Program-made: the position numbers and the translations under genes
Part shown: positions 16,677-25,240 of the stretch, piece after piece
Layout: every line of letters begins with the position of its first letter
How positions within the stretch are numbered: position 1 is the first letter of the stretch
The notes under the pieces: model-generated
Seen by the model: the letters and a program-made list of their open reading frames with translations, nothing else
The model's database searches: none
What the model was told of the DNA's origin: nothing
Source of the DNA: Myxococcota bacterium
GTDB lineage: Bacteria > Myxococcota_A > Polyangia > Polyangiales > Sandaracinaceae
DNA length: 30,652 nt
Direction of reading: 5' to 3'
Assembly (NCBI GenBank): GCA_036149055.1
Contig: JAYZQJ010000068.1
Location: forward strand, 1 to 30,652

Positions 16677-19600
16677 GTGATGTCGCACCTCAGCAAGCTG
16701 TCCCCCTGGCTCGGGCTCCTCGCCCTCGGCGTCTCGGCGTGCAGCGGCGGCGCCGCCGAGGGCACCAGCGCGCCCGGCCAGGAGGCCTCCGAGGGCGCCG
16801 AGGCGCGGAGCTGCGCGGAGACGGCGCCCGCGCCCGACCCGCTCCCGAACGTGACCGACCGGCACCGCGATGTGTCCACCTGGATCGCGCGGGCGGGCGA
16901 GGACGCCGACACGCCCCTGCTGACGCCGGCCCAGATCGCCGCCCACAACCAGGCGCTCACCCACGACCCGGACAACGGGCTGCCGATCGACCGCCCCTCG
17001 CTCGCCGCCGCCCCGGACGCCGCGCGCCTCGCCCGCGAGGTCGGCGAGCGGCTCGGCTACATGCGGGAGAAGCTCGGCTCCGGCGACTACGTCGACGCCG
17101 AGGGCGCCCGGGTCGAGCCCGCGGTCTTCGCCGACGCCGAGCTCCGCGTGAGCCCCGAGCTGCGGATCGCGCTCGAGGAGCTCTCCTTGCGCTGCGGCCC
17201 GCGCGCCGCCGGCCTCTACAAGGTCCCCGTCGACCTCGACTTCGACCGCAACAACTGCTCCACGGTGCGGCCGCAGGAGCCGGTGCAGGTGTTGATGCGC
17301 TGGCCCAACGGCATGGCGCTCGCCCGCACCCGCTACGCCCTCGGCTGGCTCCCCGCCGACGCGCCCCTCTCGCCGCCGATCGCCCCGGAGGCGCAGCGCG
17401 CGGTCCTGCGAGGCGCCCCGATGCAGCTCGCCGCCGGCGCGCCGCTGACCTCGGGCGACGGCGCCCAGCTCCAGCTCGAGCACGCGACGCTGGTCCCGCA
17501 GGACCCGGAGGATCCGGCGCGGGTGCTCTTCGCCGACGCGGCCGGCCTGCACCGCGCTCCCTCGGCGGGCCTGAGGCCGGCGACCCGCCCGCTGACGCGC
17601 CGCGCGTTCCTCGAGGAGGCCTTCTCGCACCTCGACCGCCCGTACGGATGGGGCGGACACGCGGGCGGCCTCGACTGCTCGCGCTTCGTGATGGACGTGC
17701 TCGCGACCTTCGGGCTCGAGCTGCCCCGCCACAGCGGCCGGCAGGCCCACAGCGGCACCTTCACGCTGCCGCTCGAGGGCGTGACGGAGGACGAGGAGCG
17801 GCTCCGCCTCCTCGACGCCGCGGCGCGGCGCGGGATCGTGCTGCTGCACTTCCCGGGGCACATCATGGTCTACCTGGGCCGCGACGACGGCGGGCGCCCC
17901 TACGCGATCCACGCGTTCAGCGAGTACGTCGAGCCGTGCGAAGGCGACGACGAGACCCTGCGCCGCGTGGACCGGGTGGCCGTCAGCGACCTCAGCCTCG
18001 GCGCGGGGAGCAGCCGCGGCAGCTTCCTGGAGCGCGTCACCCAGGTCGTGGTGCTCGGCGCGCGGATCGGCCCGGAGCTGATCGGCGTCGCGGCGGCGCG
18101 CGACCCGGCGCCGGTGGTGATCCCCGAGCCCGACCGCTGCGACGACAGCCTGGCGGTGCGGGTCTTCCGCTCGCCGGAGCGACCGCACCCGGGGCAGCCG
18201 ATGCGGGTGATGGTCACGTCGACCGAGGAGCTCGGCCCGGTGCAGCTCGCGCTCCTGGACCCGAGCGGGCGGCGGCACACGCCGGAGCTCCGACGCCTCG
18301 GCGGCCCGCCCTTCACCTACTGGACGCAGGTGGAGGCGCCCGAGGCGGGGCGGTGGACGGCGGCCCTCGGCGACGGCACGAACGTGCACGCCTGCGAGCG
18401 CATCACCGTCACGCCCTACCCCGCGCAGCCGGAGACCGTGCACCCGGAGGTGGTGTGGGAGCCTCGCTACCGCTGGGAGGCCGACACCGAGGCGCTCTTC
18501 AGCGCGTTCGTGGAGCGGCTCTTCGACTACCCGGTCGACGAGGAGCTGACCTGGCCGAACCTCTCGGTGCTCCTGCTGGACGAGGAGCGCAACCTGCTCT
18601 TCGACCACTTCTCGCGGGGCGAAGAGGAGCGCATCCCGCTCCGGCCGGACTGCGCCGACCTGCCGTACTTCCTGCGCACCTACTTCGCGTGGAAGATGCG
18701 GCTGCCGTTCGCCTACCGGGTCTGCACCCGCGGCCGGCACGGGCGCCTGCCGACCTGCGAGGAGGAGATCCGGACGCCGCAGTGGGCCCACGAGCAGGTC
18801 GACGCGGTGGAGGCGTTCCGCGCCTTCATCGTGACGCAGGTCAAGCGCGGGGTGCACAGCGCGAGCGGGCGCACGCACCCCGAGGACTCGAACACCGCGC
18901 TCTACCCCGTGCCCATGACCCGGGAGGCGCTGCGCCCCGGCACGGTGTTCGCCGATCCCTATGGACACCTGCTGGTGGTGGCGCGGTGGCTGCCGCAGGG
19001 CGACGACGCGTACGGCATCCTCGTCGGCGCCGACGCCCAGCCCGACGGCACGGTGGGCCGCCGCCGCTTCTGGCGCGGGTCGTTCCTCTTCCACCCCGAC
19101 ACGACCCACGTCGGCGCCGGCTTCAAGGGCTGGCGCCCGGTCGTCTACAACCGACGAGAGCAGGCTTACACCGCGCTGCCGAACGAGGAGATCACGGCGC
19201 GCGCCGGCTACACGCCGTTCTCGCTCGAGCAGTACGAGGGCACCACCGACTCGTTCTACGAGCGCATGGAGGGCCTCATCAACCCGCGCCCGCTCGACCC
19301 GGTCCAGGTGCAGCTCTCCTTGATCGACGCGCTCGACGAGTCGATCGCGCGGCGGGTGGTCAGCGTGGACAACGGCGAGCGCTGGATCCGGGACAACCCG
19401 AGCCGGACGATGGAGATGCCCGAGGGCGGCGCGATCTTCCAGACGGGCGGTCCGTGGGAGGAGTACTCGACGCCGTCCCGCGACATGCGGCTCCTGATCG
19501 CGATGGACACGGTGACCGGCTTCCCCGAGGTCGTGCGTCGCAACCCGGCGCGCTTCGGCGTGACCGACGTGGACGCGGCGGTCGAGCGGGTCCGCGCCCG

Positions 19601-19865
19601 GCAGCAGGAGGAGCTCCGGCGCCGCACGTTCGAGTACGTGCGGAGCGACGGCCGGAGCCAGCAGCTCTCCCTCGCCGACGTCATCGCCCGCGCCCGCGGC
19701 TTCGAGATGTCGTACAACCCGAACGACTGCATCGAGGTGCGCTGGGCGGCCCCCGAGGGGAGCCCCGAGCTCCAGAGCTGCCGCCGCCACGCCCCCGCCG
19801 AGCAGCGCGCCCGCATGCGCGAGTACCGCCCCTGGTTCGCCGAGCGTCGGCGCCCGATATACTGA
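16677..19865 (+). CDS. NlpC/P60 family peptidoglycan endopeptidase-like lipoprotein with large C-terminal extension (1062 aa)
   Basis: Lipobox LGVSA-C and an SH3-like region, then PYGWGG...GLDCSRF (C334), FPGHIMVYLG (H395) and AIHA (H412). An Ig-like segment and a second DC/GH-containing domain follow. Confidence 0.88.
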   Translation: MMSHLSKLSPWLGLLALGVSACSGGAAEGTSAPGQEASEGAEARSCAETAPAPDPLPNVTDRHRDVSTWIARAGEDADTPLLTPAQIAAHNQALTHDPDNGLPIDRPSLAAAPDAARLAREVGERLGYMREKLGSGDYVDAEGARVEPAVFADAELRVSPELRIALEELSLRCGPRAAGLYKVPVDLDFDRNNCSTVRPQEPVQVLMRWPNGMALARTRYALGWLPADAPLSPPIAPEAQRAVLRGAPMQLAAGAPLTSGDGAQLQLEHATLVPQDPEDPARVLFADAAGLHRAPSAGLRPATRPLTRRAFLEEAFSHLDRPYGWGGHAGGLDCSRFVMDVLATFGLELPRHSGRQAHSGTFTLPLEGVTEDEERLRLLDAAARRGIVLLHFPGHIMVYLGRDDGGRPYAIHAFSEYVEPCEGDDETLRRVDRVAVSDLSLGAGSSRGSFLERVTQVVVLGARIGPELIGVAAARDPAPVVIPEPDRCDDSLAVRVFRSPERPHPGQPMRVMVTSTEELGPVQLALLDPSGRRHTPELRRLGGPPFTYWTQVEAPEAGRWTAALGDGTNVHACERITVTPYPAQPETVHPEVVWEPRYRWEADTEALFSAFVERLFDYPVDEELTWPNLSVLLLDEERNLLFDHFSRGEEERIPLRPDCADLPYFLRTYFAWKMRLPFAYRVCTRGRHGRLPTCEEEIRTPQWAHEQVDAVEAFRAFIVTQVKRGVHSASGRTHPEDSNTALYPVPMTREALRPGTVFADPYGHLLVVARWLPQGDDAYGILVGADAQPDGTVGRRRFWRGSFLFHPDTTHVGAGFKGWRPVVYNRREQAYTALPNEEITARAGYTPFSLEQYEGTTDSFYERMEGLINPRPLDPVQVQLSLIDALDESIARRVVSVDNGERWIRDNPSRTMEMPEGGAIFQTGGPWEEYSTPSRDMRLLIAMDTVTGFPEVVRRNPARFGVTDVDAAVERVRARQQEELRRRTFEYVRSDGRSQQLSLADVIARARGFEMSYNPNDCIEVRWAAPEGSPELQSCRRHAPAEQRARMREYRPWFAERRRPIY

Positions 19866-19872
19866 GTTTGTT

Positions 19873-20112
19873 GGAGGGTTTGGGGCAAACCCTCCCCCCA
19901 TTGGGCAAAGCGCCAATGGGGCCCCCCTCCCGACTCCGTCGGCGCCTCGCGCTTCGCGCTCGCGCCGCGACCCCAGCGACGGGGCGCTGGGGGCCCCTGC
20001 GGCTCGCGCTCGCGCTGCGCGCGAGCTGGCCGCCCGCTGCCGCGGGATCGAACACAGGTGGTGGTGCGTGCGGCGACCTCGCTGCGCTCGTCGCCTGCCG
20101 TCGTCTCAGGTC
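19873..20112 (+). repeat. Multi-hairpin dispersed repeat element, copy 1 (REP/MITE-like)
   Basis: 19898-20053 matches the reverse complement of 30498-30652 with 3 substitutions and 1 indel, and looser similarity continues to about 20112. It contains several perfect stems. Confidence 0.85.
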
Positions 20113-20114
20113 GC

Positions 20115-20245
20115 TAGCGGCAGCGAGACCGCCAGCGGCAGCGAGACCGGCAGCGGCGGCGGGGAGCGGCAGAGGCGGCGGGGAGCGGCAGAGGCGGCGG
20201 GGAGCGGCAGCGGCAGCGAGACCGGCGGCGGCAGCGGCGGCGGCA
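20115..20245. repeat. GGCAGC/GGCGGC-based low-complexity tract including a 19-nt unit x~3
   Basis: GGCGGCGGGGAGCGGCAGA at 20155, 20174 and 20193 (the last copy is 18/19). The flanks are GCGGCAGCGAGACC repeats. Confidence 0.8.
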
Positions 20246-20525
20246 GCGAGGCCAGCGGCGGCAGCGGGCCCGAGAGCGGGCTTGGCGCCGGGCCTAGCTA
20301 TTCCTCCTCGCCTCCCACCTCCCTCCTCCCTTGATCTGCGTCGACCACGAGGGCGTCGGATTCGGGCTCGGTCTCGGACTCGGCAGCGGCTGCGAGGCCG
20401 GCGACGGCAGCGGGGCCGAGAGCGGGCGCGGCGCCGGGCCTGGCTATTCCTCCTCGCCTCCCACCTCCCGCCTCCCTCGATCTGCGTCGACCACGAGGGC
20501 GTCGGATTCGGGCTCGGTCTCGGAC
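20246..20525. repeat. Tandem duplication of a 134-bp unit (20246-20379 and 20392-20525; 146-bp period)
   Basis: Both copies contain GCTATTCCTCCTCGCCTCCCACCTCCC..CTCCCT.GATCTGCGTCGACCACGAGGGCGTCGGATTCGGGCTCGGTCTCGGAC. Confidence 0.9.
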
Positions 20526-20537
20526 GGGTCGACGGGG

Positions 20538-21251
20538 TCAGGAGAACTCGGTGCGCCTGCCGTGGGACTCCATGAGGCGGTCGTACTCTTCGAAGAGGGT
20601 GTTGCCGTTGCTCGCGCGCGGGAGGTCGACGCCGAGCACGCGCGCGGTGAGGAGGCCGCTCAGGGCGACCACGCGGTCGCGCTCGTTGTAGCGGCTGATG
20701 CTGCGGAGGTTGTGCATGCTCCTTTGCAGCGTGGAGACGAGGCGGTCGGTGATGCGGCCGGGGACCTTCGGGATGCCGAAGCTGTCGGGCAGCTCTCCGG
20801 CGAAGCGGCCGATCGGGGGCTCGAAGTCGTCGTCGCCGGCCGCGCGGCGGGCCTCGGCGCGCTCGGTGGCGAGCTCCAGGTAGGCCTCGAGCACGCGGTG
20901 AATCTCGGCGTTGTCGAACGGCTTGGCGATGAAGGTGACCCGGAGCTCCCGGGTGCGGCGCTCGATCCGGACGTCGTCGGTGCCGGTGACCAGCGCGATG
21001 AGCATGTCGGGGTTGCTGCGCCGGAGGTACTCGCCGAGCAGGAGGCCCTCCATGCCCGGGAGGTTGTGGTCGAGGAAGGCCACCTGGAAGGTCCAGACCG
21101 GCAGCAGCTCGAGGGCCCTCTCGGCCGACTCGGCGGTGATGGCCTGGTGGCCCTCGCGGTGGATGATCTCGGCGAGCAGCTCACGCATCGCCGGGTCATC
21201 GTCCACCACCAACACGTCCAGCTGGTTCGGGACCTCCGCCGCTTCCGCCAT
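20538..21251 (-). CDS. Response regulator: receiver domain plus unrecognised C-terminal domain (237 aa)
   Basis: VLVVDDD...AFLDHNLPGMEG...LVTG...FIAKPF, with a GGAGG RBS upstream. Confidence 0.88.
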   Translation of the reverse strand: MAEAAEVPNQLDVLVVDDDPAMRELLAEIIHREGHQAITAESAERALELLPVWTFQVAFLDHNLPGMEGLLLGEYLRRSNPDMLIALVTGTDDVRIERRTRELRVTFIAKPFDNAEIHRVLEAYLELATERAEARRAAGDDDFEPPIGRFAGELPDSFGIPKVPGRITDRLVSTLQRSMHNLRSISRYNERDRVVALSGLLTARVLGVDLPRASNGNTLFEEYDRLMESHGRRTEFS

Positions 21252-21303
21252 GTCACCCTCCCCGGCCGCCGGCGCGGCCGAGAGAACGATAGCGAAGCCT
21301 GGC

Positions 21304-22566
21304 CTAGAGGCTCAACGTCCACAGAAAGAAGAGCGCGAAGGCGGCCTGGAACGCGATGCAGGCCCAGCTCGCGGCGAGGAGCCAGCGCGCCGGGCGGTGG
21401 GCCGGGCCGACCTCGGGGCTCGTCACCGCGCGGTGGTTCAGCAGGCTGAGCAGCGGCGCCGAGAGGAACGAGAGCGTGGTCGCCAGGTCGATCAGGGTGC
21501 GCATCGAGCTCGCGAGGAACGCCAGGATCACCAGCGCGCCGCCGGTCACCGCGATCAGCGAGACCCAGTAGACCGGCGTACGGTCGGAGCGGCGGCCGAC
21601 CGGCTCGTCGGCCTCGGCGCGCCGCCACCGATCGGCGAGCACGCTGAGCGCGCGGGGGAAGCCGTCGACGACCGTCAGGGTGGTCGAGAACATCGTCGCG
21701 AAGGCGGCCGCGCCGATGAGGGGGCGCGCCCACTCGCCGAGGCTCTCGGTGTAGAGCGAGATGAGCTGGGCCGCGAACGCGCCCGGGCTCCCCTCGACCT
21801 CGACGCCTCCCGCGTGCAGGACCCCCGCGCCGAGGATCACGAAGCAGAGCGCGAGGAGCGCGGTGCCGACGTAGCCGACGTGGAAGTCGAGCGACGACTC
21901 CTGCGCCGAGGGCGCGTGCCCGGTCTGCGCGCGGCGGGCCAGCGTCCAGAGGCTCTGCCAGACCGAGACGTCGATGGCCGAGGGCATCCAGCCGACCAGC
22001 GCCGCGCAGAACGCCACGTCGCGCAGGCCGAGCTCGGGCACGAGGGCCAGGGTGCCCCACTCCACCTTCGGCAGGACCAGCGCGGTGGCGACCAGGGTCG
22101 AGATCGCGAGGAGGCTGACCACCACCTTGCCGACTCCGTCGAGCGCGCGGTAGCCGCCGCTCGCGACCAGCCCGGCGCAGATCACCAGCAGCCCCGCGCT
22201 CAGCGCCAGCGGCGAGGCGTCGATCCCGAAGAGCACCTTGGCCAGCCCGGCCGTGACGACCGTCACCGCGGCTTGCACCGTGAACATGGTCCCGAAGGTG
22301 AGCACCGCGTAGAGCGCGAGCGCCCAGCGGCCCTGACGGCGGTAGCCCTCGAGGAGCGACGTGCCGGTGGCCGCCGCGTAGAGCGGCCCGAACCGGAAGC
22401 CGGGGTACTTGGTCAGGTTGGCGAGGAGCACCAGCCCCACGAGGGCGAGCCCGTAGACCGCGCCGGCGCGGGTCGACTGTACGAGGTGCGACACGCCGAC
22501 CGCGGCGCCCGTGAAGAGGACGCCGGGGCCGAGGGCACGCAGGAGGTTCGGGCTGCGCTCGCTCAC
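21304..22566 (-). CDS. NRAMP-like / APC-superfamily transporter (420 aa)
   Basis: LGPGVLFTGAAVGVSHLVQSTRAGAVYG, KYP, ALVGWMPS and FATMFSTTLTVVDGFPR, with about 11 hydrophobic segments. Confidence 0.8.
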   Translation of the reverse strand: MSERSPNLLRALGPGVLFTGAAVGVSHLVQSTRAGAVYGLALVGLVLLANLTKYPGFRFGPLYAAATGTSLLEGYRRQGRWALALYAVLTFGTMFTVQAAVTVVTAGLAKVLFGIDASPLALSAGLLVICAGLVASGGYRALDGVGKVVVSLLAISTLVATALVLPKVEWGTLALVPELGLRDVAFCAALVGWMPSAIDVSVWQSLWTLARRAQTGHAPSAQESSLDFHVGYVGTALLALCFVILGAGVLHAGGVEVEGSPGAFAAQLISLYTESLGEWARPLIGAAAFATMFSTTLTVVDGFPRALSVLADRWRRAEADEPVGRRSDRTPVYWVSLIAVTGGALVILAFLASSMRTLIDLATTLSFLSAPLLSLLNHRAVTSPEVGPAHRPARWLLAASWACIAFQAAFALFFLWTLSL

Positions 22567-22633
22567 GACCGGCGGAGCCTACCCGGGTCGCGCCCCGCTT
22601 GGGAGTGGCCTCGGCCGGCGCTATGGACCCCGC

Positions 22634-23092
22634 ATGTCCGACTGGCGCGAGAACCTCATCACCGACGACGCCGAGATCCTCGCCATCGCCCGCGGCGCGC
22701 GGCGGGTGGCGGTGCTGGGCATCAAGCCGGAGAGCCACGGTGGCCAGCCCGCGCACTACGTGCCCGCCTACCTCGCCGGCGCCGGGGTCGAGGTGATCCC
22801 CGTCCCCGTCTACTACCCCGAGGTCACCGAGATCCTCGGCCGGCCGGTGCACCGCGACGTCGCCAGCGTGCCGGGCCCGATCGACATCTTCGACGTGTTC
22901 CGCCGCCCCGCCGACGTGCCCCCGCACGTCGACGACCTCATCGCCGCGCGCCCGGCGTGCGTCTGGCTCCAGCTCGGCATCCGCCACGACGAGGCCGCCG
23001 AGCGCCTCGCGCGCGCCGGGGTCCGGGTCGTCCAGGACCGCTGCCTGCTCGTCGATCACCGCCGCGCGGTGGGCGGTCAGCGCGGCGCGTAG
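22634..23092 (+). CDS. CoA-binding protein (YccU-like, CoA_binding_2), 152 aa
   Basis: RRVAVLG...HYVPAYL...IPV...PIDIFDVFRRP...VWLQLGIRH...AGVRVVQDRCL. Start moved to ATG 22634. Confidence 0.9.
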   Translation: MSDWRENLITDDAEILAIARGARRVAVLGIKPESHGGQPAHYVPAYLAGAGVEVIPVPVYYPEVTEILGRPVHRDVASVPGPIDIFDVFRRPADVPPHVDDLIAARPACVWLQLGIRHDEAAERLARAGVRVVQDRCLLVDHRRAVGGQRGA

Positions 23093-24330
23093 GTCATCTC
23101 GACCACGCCGGACGCGTACTCGTCGACCGCGCCGCCGGCGACGCGCGCGTCTCCGGGCTCCGGGTTCATCGCCCAGAAGAAGCGCCGGTAGGTGGCCATC
23201 GCCCGGAAGGTGACGTCGTCCACCTGGAGGCCCATGCCTCCGTCGACGTCGACGCCGCCCCCGGTGGCGCGCGGGAACCAGGCCTCGCTGGTGAGCTCGC
23301 CGCCGGTGAAGGGGTGCAGGTAGGCGCCGCCGCCCGAGAAGAAGAGACCGAGCCCGATGTCCCACCGGAAACCCGCGCCGGCGCGCACCGCGTGCAGCTC
23401 GACGTTCGGGATCTCCGGGCGCGGGGTCAGCTCGTCGGCGTCGTGAATGGTGAAGACCTGCGCCTGGTAGCCGGCGTCGGCGTGGAGCGAGACGTCGTCG
23501 ATCCGGACGCGGTAGCGCGCGCCGATGCCGAGCGACCAGCTGTCGGTGGGGAACGCGGTGCCGTTGTCGGCGATCGACGCCACCCCGACCGCGAAGTCCG
23601 CGGTGGTGACCACGCTGAGGCCGTCGAGCGGGCTCGCGTCGAGGTGCACCCCCGGGAAGTACTCCACCCCGAGGCGCACGACCGGCGCGGCCGGGAGCAC
23701 GTAGGGGCGCAGCACGAAGAACAGGTCGTCGTTGTAGGTGAAGGAGCGGTGCGTCACCGCGAAGCCGGCGGTCATCGCGATCGGGGCCGGCCGGTCCGAC
23801 GGGTCGTTGGCCGCCGGCGGCTCGGGCGCCGGAGTCGCGGCGGCCTCGGGCGCCGGCGCGGGCGTCTCGAGCACCACCGGCTCGACCTCGACCACCTGCG
23901 TCGCCGGGATCGCGTCGAGGGCGGCCGCCATGTCGGCGCTCGCCCAGCGGCGGATCTGGCGCCCCAGCGCGCCGAAGCGCCGCGCGGAGAAGCGCTCCTC
24001 GACCACCACGTCGCCCGCCCGGTCGCGCACCGTGACCTCGGCCGCCCAGCGCCGCCGGACCCGCCCGACCCGGCCGCTGATCACCGCCCGCGCGTCGAGC
24101 GCGTCGAGCACCTCGGGGCTCTGGAGCGGGCGACCGTCCGCCTCGCGCGCCGCGCGCCGCCGCGGGATCGCCTCGAGCGAGGACGCGGAGACGCCGCGCA
24201 GGACCTGCCGCCGGATCTGCCGGGCGCGCGGGCCCTCGAAGTCTTCGACCACGACGCCGGGCTGCGCCGAGGCGGGGAGCGCGGAGAGCGCGAGCCCGAG
24301 GCCGACCAGGCATCCGAGCGTCCAGCGCAT
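23077..24330 (-). CDS. Secreted protein with N-terminal alpha/beta domain, Pro-rich linker and C-terminal putative outer-membrane beta-barrel (417 aa; GltC-like architecture)
   Basis: Signal peptide MRWTLGCLVGLGLALSALPASA-Q and a PAPAPEAAATPAPEPP linker, then alternating amphipathic strands (VRLGVEYFP, WSLGIGARYRV, VRAGAGFRWD, FRAMATYRRFF). The ATG overlaps the upstream stop (TGATG). Confidence 0.7.
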   Translation of the reverse strand: MRWTLGCLVGLGLALSALPASAQPGVVVEDFEGPRARQIRRQVLRGVSASSLEAIPRRRAAREADGRPLQSPEVLDALDARAVISGRVGRVRRRWAAEVTVRDRAGDVVVEERFSARRFGALGRQIRRWASADMAAALDAIPATQVVEVEPVVLETPAPAPEAAATPAPEPPAANDPSDRPAPIAMTAGFAVTHRSFTYNDDLFFVLRPYVLPAAPVVRLGVEYFPGVHLDASPLDGLSVVTTADFAVGVASIADNGTAFPTDSWSLGIGARYRVRIDDVSLHADAGYQAQVFTIHDADELTPRPEIPNVELHAVRAGAGFRWDIGLGLFFSGGGAYLHPFTGGELTSEAWFPRATGGGVDVDGGMGLQVDDVTFRAMATYRRFFWAMNPEPGDARVAGGAVDEYASGVVEMTYAPR

Positions 24331-25211
24331 CACGGCGTCAGCTCCAGCCGATCGACCCGCGCCCAGGCGTTCGCCTCGGCCGCGCCTTCGATCACGATCG
24401 TGTCCCCGGGGGAGAGCGCGACGTCGACCGGGCCGAAGGCGCGGGGCTCCAGGCCCTCGGCGGCGAGCGGATAGGTCTCCTCGAGGACCACCTCGCCGGC
24501 CACCCGCACCGTCACGCGGGGCGCGCCGTCGCTCTCGGTGACCCCGTGGAGGCGCAGCGCGTAGCTCCCGGCGGCGCCCTCGAAGGTGGCGGTCGCGGTG
24601 CCGCTCGTCGTCCCGTCGGGGAGCCGGATGAGGGTGGCGTCGGCGGTGTCGACCACGTAGCCGTTCAGGGTCATGGCCTCGGCCTGCAGGGTGACGGTCT
24701 CGGGGGCGGGGCCCACGCCTCCGTCCGGCGGGGGCTCGTCGCCCGCGTCGCCGGCCGGCATGACGCCCGCGTCGCTCGGCACCTCGAGCCCGGACAGGTC
24801 GGCCAGGTACTGCTCGAGGCAGGCCCGCTCGGTGCCGTTGAGCGGCGGCAGGCCCTGCGGCATCGGGTCGCCGCAGGCGGGATCTTCGCCGAGCTTGTCG
24901 AGGAGGTAGGACTGGCCGAGATCGGTCGGGTGGATCATCGGCCGGCCGTCGCACTCGACGCTGGTCTGCTCGAGGAGGCGGCCCCCCACCCCGGCGGTGG
25001 TCAGGTCGAGGCCGGCCGCCGCGAGCGTGGGCCCGCCGGTGTGACAGCCGAGCGTGCCGCAGGTCCGGGCGAACAGATCCTGCTCCACGTCGAAGCTGGG
25101 CGGGCAGGCCCCGGCGGCGGCGGCGCGGAAGCGCGCGGGATCTTCGATCGAGCCGGGGCAGCCGGTCAGGGCGGCTGCGGCGAGGAGGAGCAGGGTGAGG
25201 CGCGCGGCCAT
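24330..25211 (-). CDS. Lipoprotein with cytochrome c-like domain (CX4CH) and C-terminal CBM-like beta-sandwich (293 aa)
   Basis: Lipobox ALTG-C, then CGTLGCH...GLDL...SYLLDKL...CGDPMP and a DAG linker. The end reads LQAEAMTL...GSYALRL...WARVDRLEL, resembling a CBM6/35 galactose-binding-like fold. Confidence 0.65.
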   Translation of the reverse strand: MAARLTLLLLAAAALTGCPGSIEDPARFRAAAAGACPPSFDVEQDLFARTCGTLGCHTGGPTLAAAGLDLTTAGVGGRLLEQTSVECDGRPMIHPTDLGQSYLLDKLGEDPACGDPMPQGLPPLNGTERACLEQYLADLSGLEVPSDAGVMPAGDAGDEPPPDGGVGPAPETVTLQAEAMTLNGYVVDTADATLIRLPDGTTSGTATATFEGAAGSYALRLHGVTESDGAPRVTVRVAGEVVLEETYPLAAEGLEPRAFGPVDVALSPGDTIVIEGAAEANAWARVDRLELTP

Positions 25212-25225
25212 CGAGGCTCCCCCTC

Positions 25226-25240
25226 ACAAGGCCCGTGCCA
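25226..25240 (-). promoter_or_regulatory. Possible sigma54 promoter (variant -12)
   Basis: The minus strand reads TGGCACGGGCCTTGT: a perfect -24 element and TTGT instead of TTGC. It ends 14 nt before ATG 25211. Confidence 0.45.

Noticed and set aside
20068..20334. 88-aa Gly/Ser-rich ORF in the repeat region
   Set aside because: It is a translation of the hexamer and 19-mer repeats. The 19-nt period shifts the frame, and there is no RBS or -10 signal.
16668..20575. ORFs 16668-19916 (-) and 16739-20575 (+)
   Set aside because: They are antisense and alternative-frame shadows of the NlpC/P60 gene.
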